A stretch of DNA of 64,000 nucleotides from an uncultured Bacteroidales bacterium (GTDB lineage: Bacteria; Bacteroidota; Bacteroidia; Bacteroidales; VadinHA17): NCBI GenBank assembly GCA_963772705.1, contig CAVYYH010000011.1:2384-66383 (forward strand), written 5' to 3'. Positions 47,224 to 57,365 of the stretch are shown piece by piece; position 1 is the first letter of the stretch, and each line of letters starts with the position of its first letter. The position numbers and the translations under genes were made by a program. The notes below the pieces were generated by a model. That model saw nothing but the letters and a program-made list of their open reading frames with translations, searched no databases and was not told where the DNA came from.

Positions 47224-49551
47224 ATGAAGAAACAGCAACTGATAAAGCGGTTAAGAGCAGGGCTCAAATCAGACGAGACAGGGAATAAGGCTAATTCCCT
47301 GATTTTTCTACACAGATACGGTTTTAACATCCCTCTCACCTTCCTTGTGACCATCAGGGCGCATGAAAGGTATCTTAAGGAAGGATCTGCAGTGCTTGAT
47401 GAGCTCCGCAGGGAAGTGCTTGAACTGCCTGATAAACTCTATGCGGTCAGGTCCTCTACCACTGCTGAGGATTCAAAGGAGTTCAGTTTTGCCGGTCAGT
47501 TTCAGACTCTCATGAATGTGCGGGGAACGGAGAATATCCTTGCCGCAGTTCGCACAGTATGGGAGTCAGCTTCACATCTTAATGACAACGAGTATCTCAG
47601 AAGGACAGGCATCACAGCCATTAAATGCGGCGTTATCATCCAGGAGATGATCGAGTCACAACTGGCAGGGGTCAGCTTCAGCCGCAATCCGGTAACAAAC
47701 CAGAATGAGACAGTGATCGAAGCCCTCGAGGGTCTTGGGGAAGATCTTGTTCAGAAAGGGATTACCCCCCTGCGATGGAGGATAAGAAAGGAGGAGGTTA
47801 TTGAAGGTGACAGGGGCCATCGCTTCTACGCAGTGATAAAGAAGGTGGCAGCCGATACGTTAAAGCTAAGGCGGTATTACGGGGAGCACGCCGATATTGA
47901 ATGGGCATGGGACGGGAAACATCTTTACTATCTTCAGCTCAGGCAGATAACCGGAAGAAAGGAGCTTAATATCTACTCCAATAAGATGGCCAAGGAGATG
48001 CTGCCTGGCCAGGTCAAGCCTCTTATATGGTCAGTGAACATCCCCATGGTCAACGGAACATGGATAAAGATTCTTTCTGAAATAACAGGCCCGCTGAGTG
48101 TTAAGCCTGAGGAGCTGGCAAAACCGTTCTATTACCAGACTTATTTCAACATTGCGGCGCTGGGGAGGATATTCAGTGAATTCGGAATGTCAACAGACGC
48201 TCTTGAGCAGATGATGCTCAGCACTGATAATAAAAAACCTTCAGTAAAACCCGGCCTTAAAACACTCAGGCATTCATTCAGAATTATCAGGTTCATCATT
48301 GACAAAATGAGGTTCGAAAAGAAGCTCATCTCAGAATACAACGACCTGAAAGAAAGATTCACCGCGATTGAGGCTGAACTGAGGAACGGTTTTTCCAGAC
48401 AGTCATTCGGCAAATACTACTCAATCCTTTTTTCTGAAGGCCAGCGTATGGCATATCTCAATATCATGGCCCCTATCCTCATGACCCTTAACCACAAGAG
48501 ACTGAGAAAAAGGCTCGCCAAAAAGGGGCTCGAGTATGACAATCTTGATTTCCGTCGCGATTTTCCGCAGCTCGATGACTACACCCCGATGCCGGCAATC
48601 ATGAGGATCAAAAATGCCATTGAAAGCCTTCCCGAAGGGCTGAGAGAACAGTGCACTTCACTGCAGCGACTCAGGTCTGTTCCGGAAGCAGCCTCAATGG
48701 CCGGAGAAATTGACAGGTTCATGAAAGACTTCGGTCATCTCAGTGAGAGCGGCAACGACTTTTCATTTCCGAAATGGGAGGAAAACCCGGAGCAGGTTTT
48801 CAATATGATAATGAATTCAGCCAATCATGAGCCAAGGACAGAACTCTACAGTCCTGATGACTTGAGACAAAAGGGCATTAAGCTCAGCCGGTCACTGCGC
48901 AAAACCTATCTTAAGGCTGGCAGATTCAAGCTCTACCGCGAACAGATCAGCTCTTTATACATATTTGGTTACGGCCTTTTCCGGAGGCTGTTCCTGAGCC
49001 TCGGACGAGAGTTCGCAGCCGCAGGCGTCATTGAGTCTGAAAATGACATCTTCTATCTCCACAAGGAAGAGACAGATCTGATTCTGAATGACCCGGATAA
49101 TCCGGGCAATAGCCGTTTCAGGGAGCTTATACTGCAACGGAAGAAAGAGATGGAGGAGACAAAGGATATCGTTCTTCCGCCTGTTATTTACGGTGATGAG
49201 GCTCCTCAGCCTGATACCCGCAGGGTCGTAAATCATCCGGGTATTGGTACGTCATCCGGATCTTATACAGGCAGGACCAGGGTCGTAAGGAATACAGATG
49301 ATTTTGCAGCAGTTGAAAAAGGAGACATCGTATTGATACCTTTTTCTGACGTAAGCTGGACACCCATACTCGTCAAGGCCGGAGCCATAGTATCTGAAAC
49401 CGGGGGTATGCTGTCACACAGCTCTATCATTGCTCGTGAAATGGGTATCCCCGCCCTTGTCTCAGTTGCAAATGCCTGTGCGCTGGGCAGCGGCCTCAAG
49501 GTCACGGTAAACGGTTCAAACGGACTTTTAACAGTTCATGATTATGAGTGA
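47224..49551 (+). CDS. PEP-utilising enzyme family kinase (PpsA/rifampicin-phosphotransferase-like: ATP-grasp N-domain plus His swivel domain, no PEP/pyruvate TIM barrel)
   Basis: AVRSSTTAEDSKEFSFAGQFQTLMNV (PPDK_N type) and C-terminal GGMLSHSSIIAREMGIPA (phospho-His mobile domain). Confidence 0.75.
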   Translation: MKKQQLIKRLRAGLKSDETGNKANSLIFLHRYGFNIPLTFLVTIRAHERYLKEGSAVLDELRREVLELPDKLYAVRSSTTAEDSKEFSFAGQFQTLMNVRGTENILAAVRTVWESASHLNDNEYLRRTGITAIKCGVIIQEMIESQLAGVSFSRNPVTNQNETVIEALEGLGEDLVQKGITPLRWRIRKEEVIEGDRGHRFYAVIKKVAADTLKLRRYYGEHADIEWAWDGKHLYYLQLRQITGRKELNIYSNKMAKEMLPGQVKPLIWSVNIPMVNGTWIKILSEITGPLSVKPEELAKPFYYQTYFNIAALGRIFSEFGMSTDALEQMMLSTDNKKPSVKPGLKTLRHSFRIIRFIIDKMRFEKKLISEYNDLKERFTAIEAELRNGFSRQSFGKYYSILFSEGQRMAYLNIMAPILMTLNHKRLRKRLAKKGLEYDNLDFRRDFPQLDDYTPMPAIMRIKNAIESLPEGLREQCTSLQRLRSVPEAASMAGEIDRFMKDFGHLSESGNDFSFPKWEENPEQVFNMIMNSANHEPRTELYSPDDLRQKGIKLSRSLRKTYLKAGRFKLYREQISSLYIFGYGLFRRLFLSLGREFAAAGVIESENDIFYLHKEETDLILNDPDNPGNSRFRELILQRKKEMEETKDIVLPPVIYGDEAPQPDTRRVVNHPGIGTSSGSYTGRTRVVRNTDDFAAVEKGDIVLIPFSDVSWTPILVKAGAIVSETGGMLSHSSIIAREMGIPALVSVANACALGSGLKVTVNGSNGLLTVHDYE

Positions 49552-50329
49552 AGTAATAACATACCTGGCTGACCATCCATGGTTTACTGCAATACTCTGC
49601 AGTGTCACGGCTTATCTTATCGGATCAGTCTCTTTTGCCCGTATTGTCTATTTTCTGGCAACAAAGAAGAGTCAGATTGAACCTTTCTCGGAGCCGGTAC
49701 CTCATTCTGATGAGACCTTCGAATCAGACCTGGTAAGTGCCACCCTGGTGACTAAAAAGATCGGGGCAAGGTATGGAGTCATCACCTCTGTTGCCGATAT
49801 GCTGAAAGTTGCCGTACCAACTCTGCTGGTCAAACTTGCATTCCCTGGTGAACTCTGGTTCCTCCTGGTAGCACTCTTCGGTGTGGCAGGCCATAATTTC
49901 CCGGTTTATTACAGGTTTGTCGGCGGCCGCGGGGAATCATCCATACTCGGAATTATTCTCGTAATCAACTGGTTCGGCCTAATCGTTGCCAACCTCGCTG
50001 CGACACTTCTCGGATTCATTGCAGGAAGCGTACTGGTAATACGTTGGGGGGGATATGTGATACTCATCTTCTGGCTGTGGTACTGGTTCGACGATTGGCG
50101 ATATGCCCTCTTTATGCTATTGATCAATTGCCTCTTCTGGATCTCAATGCGAAAGGATCTGGCCCGCTTCATCGAGCTGAAAAAGAAGAGAGGCCTGGCC
50201 TTTACCGAGGAGGAGGTATCGGAATTTATCCTGATGGGAAAAAGCATGGGCAGAGCACTTGACAGGTACAGCCTGTATGCAATTATTAAAAGAATCGCAG
50301 ACAAAAAAGGAGAAGGACCAAAAGGGTGA
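49538..50329 (+). CDS. PlsY-like acyl-phosphate:glycerol-3-phosphate acyltransferase family membrane protein
   Basis: GSVSFARIV and GHNFPVYYRFVGGRG motifs. The start overlaps the upstream stop. Confidence 0.7.
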   Translation: MIMSEVITYLADHPWFTAILCSVTAYLIGSVSFARIVYFLATKKSQIEPFSEPVPHSDETFESDLVSATLVTKKIGARYGVITSVADMLKVAVPTLLVKLAFPGELWFLLVALFGVAGHNFPVYYRFVGGRGESSILGIILVINWFGLIVANLAATLLGFIAGSVLVIRWGGYVILIFWLWYWFDDWRYALFMLLINCLFWISMRKDLARFIELKKKRGLAFTEEEVSEFILMGKSMGRALDRYSLYAIIKRIADKKGEGPKG

Positions 50330-51480
50330 GATCCGGAATTTTATACCATTGCATAGCATTGATCATGTGCCTTTCGCAGGCAGTCAGTGGTCAGAATTTG
50401 ACTCTTGGTTTTGACAACCAGGTAAGCACCTGGGTCGGGTCAAATTATACCGAACAGTTATACACCCAGGCGGGAATAAGATACATTCCCACCCTCAGTC
50501 CTTCATGGAAAACAGGCAGGAACAGCAAATTCGATGCTGAATTATCTATAAATACATATGGAAATCTGTTATTCACAGATGCTGAATTAGATACAGCAAC
50601 ATATGACTTCAAGGCATACCGTCTGTGGATGAGATATTCGACATCTAATCTTGAGATAAGAGCAGGGCTGCAAAAAATTAACTTCGGTTCCTCTAATATT
50701 CTCCGGCCGCTGATGTGGTTTGACAATATCGACTTCAGAGATCCCCTTCAGCTGACCAACGGTGTCTACGCCCTCCTCGGGCGATACTATTTCAATAACA
50801 ACGCGAACATCTGGCTATGGACTCTTTACGGGAACAAGGAGACCAAAGGATGGGAAGTGGTACCCTCCGTATGGGACATTCCGGAGTATGGCGGCCGGCT
50901 TCAGCTGCCTGTGCCCCTCGGAGAGATTGCTTTCAGCTATCACCACCGCGATGCTGATTATTCTGAGCTTTATGCCGGCAATCCCCTGGTTACTGACACC
51001 CGCTTTACGGAACAGATGTTTGCCCTTGACGGCAAATGGGACGTTGGACCGGGAATATGGTTTGAATACTCCGGAAAGCTAAACGACAAGGATAATCTGC
51101 TTGTTACCAGGTGGGAGACCTATTACAGCCTTGGAATAGATTATACTTTCCCGCTGGGAAAGGGGCTGAATGCCGGTTCGGAATTCTTCCACTATTCCAA
51201 CAATGCTGAAGATGAGCAGATGAAGACGACCCGTAATTTTTCAACACTCTCTCTCAGTTACCCTCTGTTCCTTTCCCACAGTATTTCAGGACTTGTATAC
51301 TATAACTGGGATACGGAAGAGTGGTACCGTTTTCTGAACCTCCAGCTGAAATATGATTATATAAGTCTATATTTAATGGCATTTTGGAATCCTGATAAGC
51401 TTACAATGTTTGTTGGCAGCGATGACAGCAACAGTTTTGCAGGGAAAGGATTCCAGCTCATGGTGGTACTCGATATCTAA
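50326..51480 (+). CDS. putative outer-membrane beta-barrel protein
   Basis: Signal peptide (AVSGQ). Alternating amphipathic strands rich in Y/W/G. Overlaps the upstream stop by 4 nt. Confidence 0.45.
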   Translation: MRSGILYHCIALIMCLSQAVSGQNLTLGFDNQVSTWVGSNYTEQLYTQAGIRYIPTLSPSWKTGRNSKFDAELSINTYGNLLFTDAELDTATYDFKAYRLWMRYSTSNLEIRAGLQKINFGSSNILRPLMWFDNIDFRDPLQLTNGVYALLGRYYFNNNANIWLWTLYGNKETKGWEVVPSVWDIPEYGGRLQLPVPLGEIAFSYHHRDADYSELYAGNPLVTDTRFTEQMFALDGKWDVGPGIWFEYSGKLNDKDNLLVTRWETYYSLGIDYTFPLGKGLNAGSEFFHYSNNAEDEQMKTTRNFSTLSLSYPLFLSHSISGLVYYNWDTEEWYRFLNLQLKYDYISLYLMAFWNPDKLTMFVGSDDSNSFAGKGFQLMVVLDI

Positions 51481-51500
51481 GCAATTAATTTCTCTGTCAG

Positions 51501-52202
51501 ATGGACAACGAAACGATAATAACAATTGAAGGTCTCAAAAAACACTTTCCCATGGGAAGCGGCAGGTTCACCGCTCTGAACGGCATTGATCTCACAGTCG
51601 GAAAGGGTGAGTTTGCAGGCATTATAGGGCCGAGCGGGTCAGGCAAGACAACGCTTCTCAATATTATCGGTACTCTCGATGTCCCTTCCGAGGGGAGGGC
51701 TGTCATACTCGGGCAGTCTGTCGCCAGTCTCACACCGGCAGCCTCAGCGGCACTGCGCAAGTCAAAGCTGGGTTTTATTTTCCAGAGCTATAATCTCTTC
51801 CAGGTGCACACCGTTTTTGAGAATGTTGAGTTTCCTCTGCTGCTTCAGGGGATAGAAACCGCCAAACGCAGACAGATGGTCCTTGATGCCCTGGAATGGG
51901 TAGGCCTTACTGACAAGATTAAATCACGACCGGCACAGCTCTCAGGCGGCGAGAGCCAGCGTGTCGCGATAGCGCGTGCCATGGTGAAGAGACCAGCCAT
52001 CGTTCTTGCTGATGAGCCTACGGCAAACCTTGATGCTGCAAACTCTCACAACATACTGCAGACAATGGAAAAGCTGAACCGTGAACTGCAGACAACATTC
52101 CTCTTTGCCACACATGATGAGAAAGTAATAAGCTATGTCAGAAGAAAAATTATTCTTCTTGACGGGAAAGTAGCCAGGGATGAGATCATTGAAAAAAACT
52201 AA
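51501..52202 (+). CDS. ABC transporter ATP-binding protein (LolD/MacB type)
   Basis: Walker [10 protein letters not shown], signature LSGGESQRV, Walker B IVLADEPT. Confidence 0.9.
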   Translation: MDNETIITIEGLKKHFPMGSGRFTALNGIDLTVGKGEFAGIIGPSGSGKTTLLNIIGTLDVPSEGRAVILGQSVASLTPAASAALRKSKLGFIFQSYNLFQVHTVFENVEFPLLLQGIETAKRRQMVLDALEWVGLTDKIKSRPAQLSGGESQRVAIARAMVKRPAIVLADEPTANLDAANSHNILQTMEKLNRELQTTFLFATHDEKVISYVRRKIILLDGKVARDEIIEKN

Positions 52203-52217
52203 CCGGAGGAAGCGCAT

Positions 52218-53390
52218 ATGATGGCATTCAATCTGGCATTCAGAAACCTCCTGGGAGCAGGATTACGAACATGGCTCAACGTCATTGTTCTCTCATTCTC
52301 ATTTGTCATAATCATATGGACCAAAGGGCTGCTGGAAGGATGGGACCGTCAGGCAAGGAATGATATGATCAAGTGGGAGATAGGCGGCGGTCAGTACTGG
52401 CATGCCAGCTATGACCCCTATGACCCATTTACTTTATCTGACAGCCACGGCGCCATTCCCGGTGAACTTTCGGCAATTGCCAATGACACCTCCGTAGTTC
52501 CGGTTCTCATAGCACAGGGGACCATCTTTCCCGCCGGAAGGATGCAGTCAGTCCTTATCAAGGGTATACCCCCTGAACAGAAGCTCCTGGCCCTGCCGAC
52601 AGAAAAGCTGGTATCAGTTGATAATGATATACCGGCCATAATCGGTAGTACCATGGCTGAGAACACAAAGCTCGGCGAGGGTGATTATGTGACACTGCGC
52701 TGGCGTGACAGGAATGGCACATTCGATGCCACAGAGATAAGGATAGCGGGGCTCTTTGAGACCACGGTGCCGACTGTCGACGTGGGGCAGGTGTGGATAC
52801 CTTTGGATAATCTCCGCGAGATGATGCTTCTCCCCGGTGAGGCAACATTAATTATCGCCGGAGAGACGTCAGGGGCCGTACCTGTGAATGACGAGTGGGT
52901 ATTCAAGGATCACAGGACGCTGCTGGCAGACATAGAGCAGATCATTAAGGCAAAAAGTTCGATGGGGATGATAATATGGGCAATACTGCTCATGCTTGCG
53001 ATGCTTGCCGTGTTCGATACACAGGTGTTCTCAATTTTCAGGAGACAGAAGGAGATCGGAACCTATGTGGCACTCGGCATGACCCGGGGAGAGGTTGTTA
53101 AGCTGTTTACAATCGAGGGAGCAATGAATTCAGTCCTGGCAGCAATCGTAGGTGCTCTCTACGGCATCCCGCTGCTTACATTGCAGGCCGTAAACGGCAT
53201 TGCCATACCTGTCAAAAGCAGCGACTACGGCATTGCCATGGCTGAGAGGCTATACCCTGTGTACAGTTTAGGCCTTATTGCAGGAACAGTATTCATAGTG
53301 ATGCTGGTAACAACCATCGTCAGCTACTGGCCTTCGCGCAAAATTGCCAGGCTTAATCCCACAGATGCTCTAAGGGGGAGGATGCAATGA
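52218..53390 (+). CDS. ABC permease, FtsX/MacB-like
   Basis: N-terminal TM helix, large periplasmic domain, and a C-terminal 3-TM FtsX-type block. Confidence 0.75.
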   Translation: MMAFNLAFRNLLGAGLRTWLNVIVLSFSFVIIIWTKGLLEGWDRQARNDMIKWEIGGGQYWHASYDPYDPFTLSDSHGAIPGELSAIANDTSVVPVLIAQGTIFPAGRMQSVLIKGIPPEQKLLALPTEKLVSVDNDIPAIIGSTMAENTKLGEGDYVTLRWRDRNGTFDATEIRIAGLFETTVPTVDVGQVWIPLDNLREMMLLPGEATLIIAGETSGAVPVNDEWVFKDHRTLLADIEQIIKAKSSMGMIIWAILLMLAMLAVFDTQVFSIFRRQKEIGTYVALGMTRGEVVKLFTIEGAMNSVLAAIVGALYGIPLLTLQAVNGIAIPVKSSDYGIAMAERLYPVYSLGLIAGTVFIVMLVTTIVSYWPSRKIARLNPTDALRGRMQ

Positions 53391-54661
53391 TCAGATTTAT
53401 ATTCAAGGGCCTCATAAGGGACCGAAATCGCAGCCTGATACCTTTCATCGTAACAGCTACAGGGGTAATGCTCACAGTGATCTTCCATGCATGGATGACA
53501 GGCGTTATTGGCAACAGCATTGAGTTTAATGCAAGGTTTGCAGCAGGCCATGTAAAAATTATGACCAGCGCTTACGCAGAGAATGCAGGTCAGTCGCCGA
53601 ATGATCTTGCAATACTCGGCACTGATACCCTTACAGGAATCATCTCTGCTGAGATACCGGAGATGGAGTTTGTGGAGCGCATATATTTCGGAGGACTGAT
53701 CGACGTTCCCGACAGTTCAGGAGAGACAAGGGCACAGGGGCCGGCATTCGGCATCGGCATTGACATGCTTTCCGGACGTAACGATGAGACAGAGCGAATG
53801 AATATCACCTCATCACTCAAGAGCGGACGCCTGCCCCTGAACAGGAATGAAGCAATCCTCAGCAGCGTTTTTGCAGATAAACTCGAAATCATTCCGGGTG
53901 ATACCTTCACACTGGTAGGATCAAGCATGTACGGAGAGCTTACGATGCACAATTTCGTACTCTGCGGGACAGTGGAATTCGGGACAACAGCTCTTGACAA
54001 AGGAACCATCATAGCTGATATAAAGGATGTGAGAGAGGCACTGAATATGTATGACGCCACTGGTGAGATACTCGGTTTTTTAAGAACAGGAACCTATGAC
54101 GATGAACAGGCAACTATGATCGTCAATCGATTCAATGAAAAATATTTTTCGGCGGAGGATGAATTCTCGCTGCTGATGAAGAGCCTCGCCCAGCAGAATA
54201 ACATGGGTTTCCTGGTTGAGTATTCAGGCAAGCTTAAGGCGATACTCGTTTCAGTATTCATTATGGCAATGTCGCTGATTTTATGGAATGCAGGACTGCT
54301 GGGAGGATTAAGAAGATACGGCGAGTTTGGTATGAGACTTGCAATAGGTGAAGAGAAAGGACATGTCTATAGAACAATGCTGATGGAATCGCTGATCATA
54401 GGTTTCTTCGGATCTCTGGCAGGTGTCGCCGCAGGGATGGTCATAGCACTCTATCTTCAGGACCATGGCATCGATCTTGGAATAATGATGAAGAATGCTT
54501 CTATCATGATGCCACATGTGTTCAGGGCCCGGATCACTCCGGAAACATGGTATATTGGCTTTGTTCCGGGCTTCCTGTCAACACAGCTGGGGGCGCTTCT
54601 TGCCGGAATCGGAATTTACAGACGCCAGACTGCACAACTCTTTAAAGAACTTGAAGCATGA
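53387..54661 (+). CDS. ABC permease, FtsX/MacB-like (second)
   Basis: Same architecture as 52218-53390. 4-nt overlaps on both sides. Confidence 0.75.
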   Translation: MIRFIFKGLIRDRNRSLIPFIVTATGVMLTVIFHAWMTGVIGNSIEFNARFAAGHVKIMTSAYAENAGQSPNDLAILGTDTLTGIISAEIPEMEFVERIYFGGLIDVPDSSGETRAQGPAFGIGIDMLSGRNDETERMNITSSLKSGRLPLNRNEAILSSVFADKLEIIPGDTFTLVGSSMYGELTMHNFVLCGTVEFGTTALDKGTIIADIKDVREALNMYDATGEILGFLRTGTYDDEQATMIVNRFNEKYFSAEDEFSLLMKSLAQQNNMGFLVEYSGKLKAILVSVFIMAMSLILWNAGLLGGLRRYGEFGMRLAIGEEKGHVYRTMLMESLIIGFFGSLAGVAAGMVIALYLQDHGIDLGIMMKNASIMMPHVFRARITPETWYIGFVPGFLSTQLGALLAGIGIYRRQTAQLFKELEA

Positions 54662-55398
54662 AAAGATTCATCACAATAGTGATTTTAATTACATGTTACT
54701 GCGGCCTTAATGCCCAGTACCCGGACGCCAGGAAAATTATCGAAGGTATTGATCAGAATATGTCATCTGAGAACAGGGTCTTCTCATCTTCAATGATAAT
54801 CCATGGAAGACGGTCAACACATACTGTAAAGCTCAAGACCTGGACTGCAGGTGAGGATAAGTCTTTCACCGAATATCTCTTTCCGGTGCGTGAGCAGGGA
54901 ACGAAGATGCTCAAGCTTGAAGACCAGCTCTGGATATACTCCCCGTCAACAGACCGCATTATTCAGATTGCCGGACATATGCTCCGCCAGTCGGTAATGG
55001 GTTCAGACCTCTCCTATGAAGACCTCATGGAGGACAGCAAACTGACCGACCAGTACAATGCCAGGATTACAGGAACAGAGACTGTCGACGGGCACCAGTG
55101 CTGGGTAATAGAACTGACTGCCTTCGTGACGGAAATAGCATATCACGGAAAGAAGTTATGGGTTGACCAGAAGCGAAATATCCCCCTCAGGGAAGAGATG
55201 TACGCCAAAAGCGGGACCTTGCTAAAACGAACTGAGTTATCTGATATTCAGCGTATTAATGAGCGATGGTATCCGAAAAAGATTGTCTTCAGGGATATGC
55301 TCAAGGATGGTGAGGGAACTGAATTCATTATTGAGGATATCGAATTCAATGTTCCGATCGAAGATTATATCTTTTCAAAGGCGAGTCTTAAAAAGTAG
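54658..55398 (+). CDS. LolA-like outer-membrane lipoprotein-sorting protein
   Basis: Signal peptide. MGSDLSYEDLMED and WYPKKIVF patterns typical of the LolA_like family. Confidence 0.7.
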   Translation: MKRFITIVILITCYCGLNAQYPDARKIIEGIDQNMSSENRVFSSSMIIHGRRSTHTVKLKTWTAGEDKSFTEYLFPVREQGTKMLKLEDQLWIYSPSTDRIIQIAGHMLRQSVMGSDLSYEDLMEDSKLTDQYNARITGTETVDGHQCWVIELTAFVTEIAYHGKKLWVDQKRNIPLREEMYAKSGTLLKRTELSDIQRINERWYPKKIVFRDMLKDGEGTEFIIEDIEFNVPIEDYIFSKASLKK

Positions 55399-55499
55399 GA
55401 GCACACTTATCACCTGCACTGACAAGAGGATGCGATCTGAGGTACTCAACTGAAATATCAGATCTTATCGCGGAATCAAACTCCAGACCCGCGTCGTAA

Positions 55500-56279
55500 T
55501 CACCCTTCAGAATAAAAATTGAGCCAGGGCAGCAGGTACCTGTTGAGAGTCAGATGCTGCTCTTCCTCACTAATCCCGTCATTGCAGAACGCCATTGTCT
55601 CACCGAAATTGCACAGTGAATTATGCGATCCCATCTGGCAATGTGTTGCACCTTTGATAAGAAGGTAGGTCTTGTTGACAGATGCTGAAAAATTATAGAT
55701 CGGAAGCTGATGTTTTTCAGGCGGCGTAATGCAGTCATTGCCTCCGGCAACGATAAGGGTAGGTGCTTTAACTGAAGAGGCAGACTGAATGGCAGACGGA
55801 GAGGTGTTCAAGGGTGCCAGTGAAACAATGGCGGCTATATCAACCTGCATGTTGGCTGCAGCAAACACGGCCCCCCCTCCCATGCTGTGACCCATAAGAC
55901 ACCTTGAAGCATCAGTTATACCATGAAGCGGAGAGGAAGCATCGGCAGCCAGGCTGTCAATCGCACCAAGAACAAAGGCCAGGTCTTCTGAATACTCTTC
56001 ATGTGACGGAAAAAGTCCGGATGCACTTCCGGGAAAGACAAGAATATAGCCGGCCGGCACAAGCGCCTCCTGAATATTGAGGTATGCCGATGTAGGTAAC
56101 ATGTAACCATGTGCAAAACAGATCACCGGGAATTTGACTTTTGATGATACACCCTCTGCACCACCATCTCCAGGCAGAGCCTGAGGATAAAATATATCTG
56201 CGGGAATATTCCTTCTACCACTCAGACCATCACTGAATACTGTATTTATGTGCCCGATAGCGTAATCCTGCGCAAACAT
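55500..56279 (-). CDS. alpha/beta hydrolase (dienelactone hydrolase/chlorophyllase/cutinase-like)
   Basis: GHSMGGG nucleophile elbow. An in-frame signal-like stretch (LQLVITALLICSG) lies upstream without an in-frame ATG, so the 5' end is uncertain. Confidence 0.65.
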   Translation of the reverse strand: MFAQDYAIGHINTVFSDGLSGRRNIPADIFYPQALPGDGGAEGVSSKVKFPVICFAHGYMLPTSAYLNIQEALVPAGYILVFPGSASGLFPSHEEYSEDLAFVLGAIDSLAADASSPLHGITDASRCLMGHSMGGGAVFAAANMQVDIAAIVSLAPLNTSPSAIQSASSVKAPTLIVAGGNDCITPPEKHQLPIYNFSASVNKTYLLIKGATHCQMGSHNSLCNFGETMAFCNDGISEEEQHLTLNRYLLPWLNFYSEG

Positions 56280-56390
56280 CCCGGAACAGATGAGCAGGGC
56301 AGTTATGACTAGTTGGAGTTCTCATTCTGCAAATTTAAGTGTATCATATTTCAAAATGATGGTTACATTTGACTGAATTTGCTGATTTCT

Positions 56391-57365
56391 ATGAAAATTG
56401 CCGTTACCGGTGCCTCAGGCCATGTGGGCACAAACCTGTGCAGGATGCTGATTGGCGAGGGGTTTAGTGTTAAAGCCCTGATTCATAGCAGCACGCTGGG
56501 TCTGGAGGATCTCGACATTGAAATAGTCAGAGGTGACATCAACAGTGAATCCGATCTGAGAAATCTTTGCAGAGGTTGTGAAACTGTCTTTCATCTTGCA
56601 GCATGCATCAGTATCCGCCGGAAGGATCAGGAATGCATCAGGACCAATGCTGAAAGCTGTGTCACCCTTATCAGTGCGGCCAGGGCTGAGGGAGTAAAAA
56701 GGATCATCCACTTCAGCTCGATACATGCCTTCAGTCATGAGCCGATGGACCGGGTGCTCGATGAAACGCGCGAGCTCGCCCTCGGCAGCACGGCGTCATA
56801 TGACAGGTCAAAGGCTCTCGGCCAGAAGATAATGCTCGATGCCTCATCACCTGAACTGGAAGTGGTTGTTTTAAACCCGACAGCCATAATAGGCCCCTGC
56901 GATCACAAGCCTTCACTGATCGGCAATGCCGTCATCAGATTCTACAAGGGGCAGAACCCCACCCTTATCCCCGGTGGATACAACTGGGTGGATGTGAGAG
57001 ATATATGCAGGGCCGCGGTCAATGCTATAACCCGGGGAACTCCCGGTCAGTGCTATCTGCTGGGTGGAAGCTGGCAGAGCCTGCCAACACTGGCTGACAC
57101 CATTGCACAGCTGGGGGGCCACAAGACACCTGCCATAACACTGCCGATGTGGCTCGCCGGAATCGGGGCCGTATTTCTCAACCTGCATGCCACATTCACA
57201 GGCTCAACTCCACTCTATACCGCTATGTCACTTGAAGCACTCAAATACGGTCATAAGAACATATCAAGCCTCAAGGCAGCAAAAGAGCTCGGTTTTGTCT
57301 CCCGTCCCTTTATTGAGACTATCACTGACACCATAAGCTGGTTCAAACAAAAAAGCTACATCTGA
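56391..57365 (+). CDS. NAD-dependent epimerase/dehydratase (extended SDR; 3-beta-HSD/dihydroflavonol-reductase-like)
   Basis: MKIAVTGASGHVG Rossmann start. YDRSK catalytic Y-x3-K. Confidence 0.75.
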   Translation: MKIAVTGASGHVGTNLCRMLIGEGFSVKALIHSSTLGLEDLDIEIVRGDINSESDLRNLCRGCETVFHLAACISIRRKDQECIRTNAESCVTLISAARAEGVKRIIHFSSIHAFSHEPMDRVLDETRELALGSTASYDRSKALGQKIMLDASSPELEVVVLNPTAIIGPCDHKPSLIGNAVIRFYKGQNPTLIPGGYNWVDVRDICRAAVNAITRGTPGQCYLLGGSWQSLPTLADTIAQLGGHKTPAITLPMWLAGIGAVFLNLHATFTGSTPLYTAMSLEALKYGHKNISSLKAAKELGFVSRPFIETITDTISWFKQKSYI

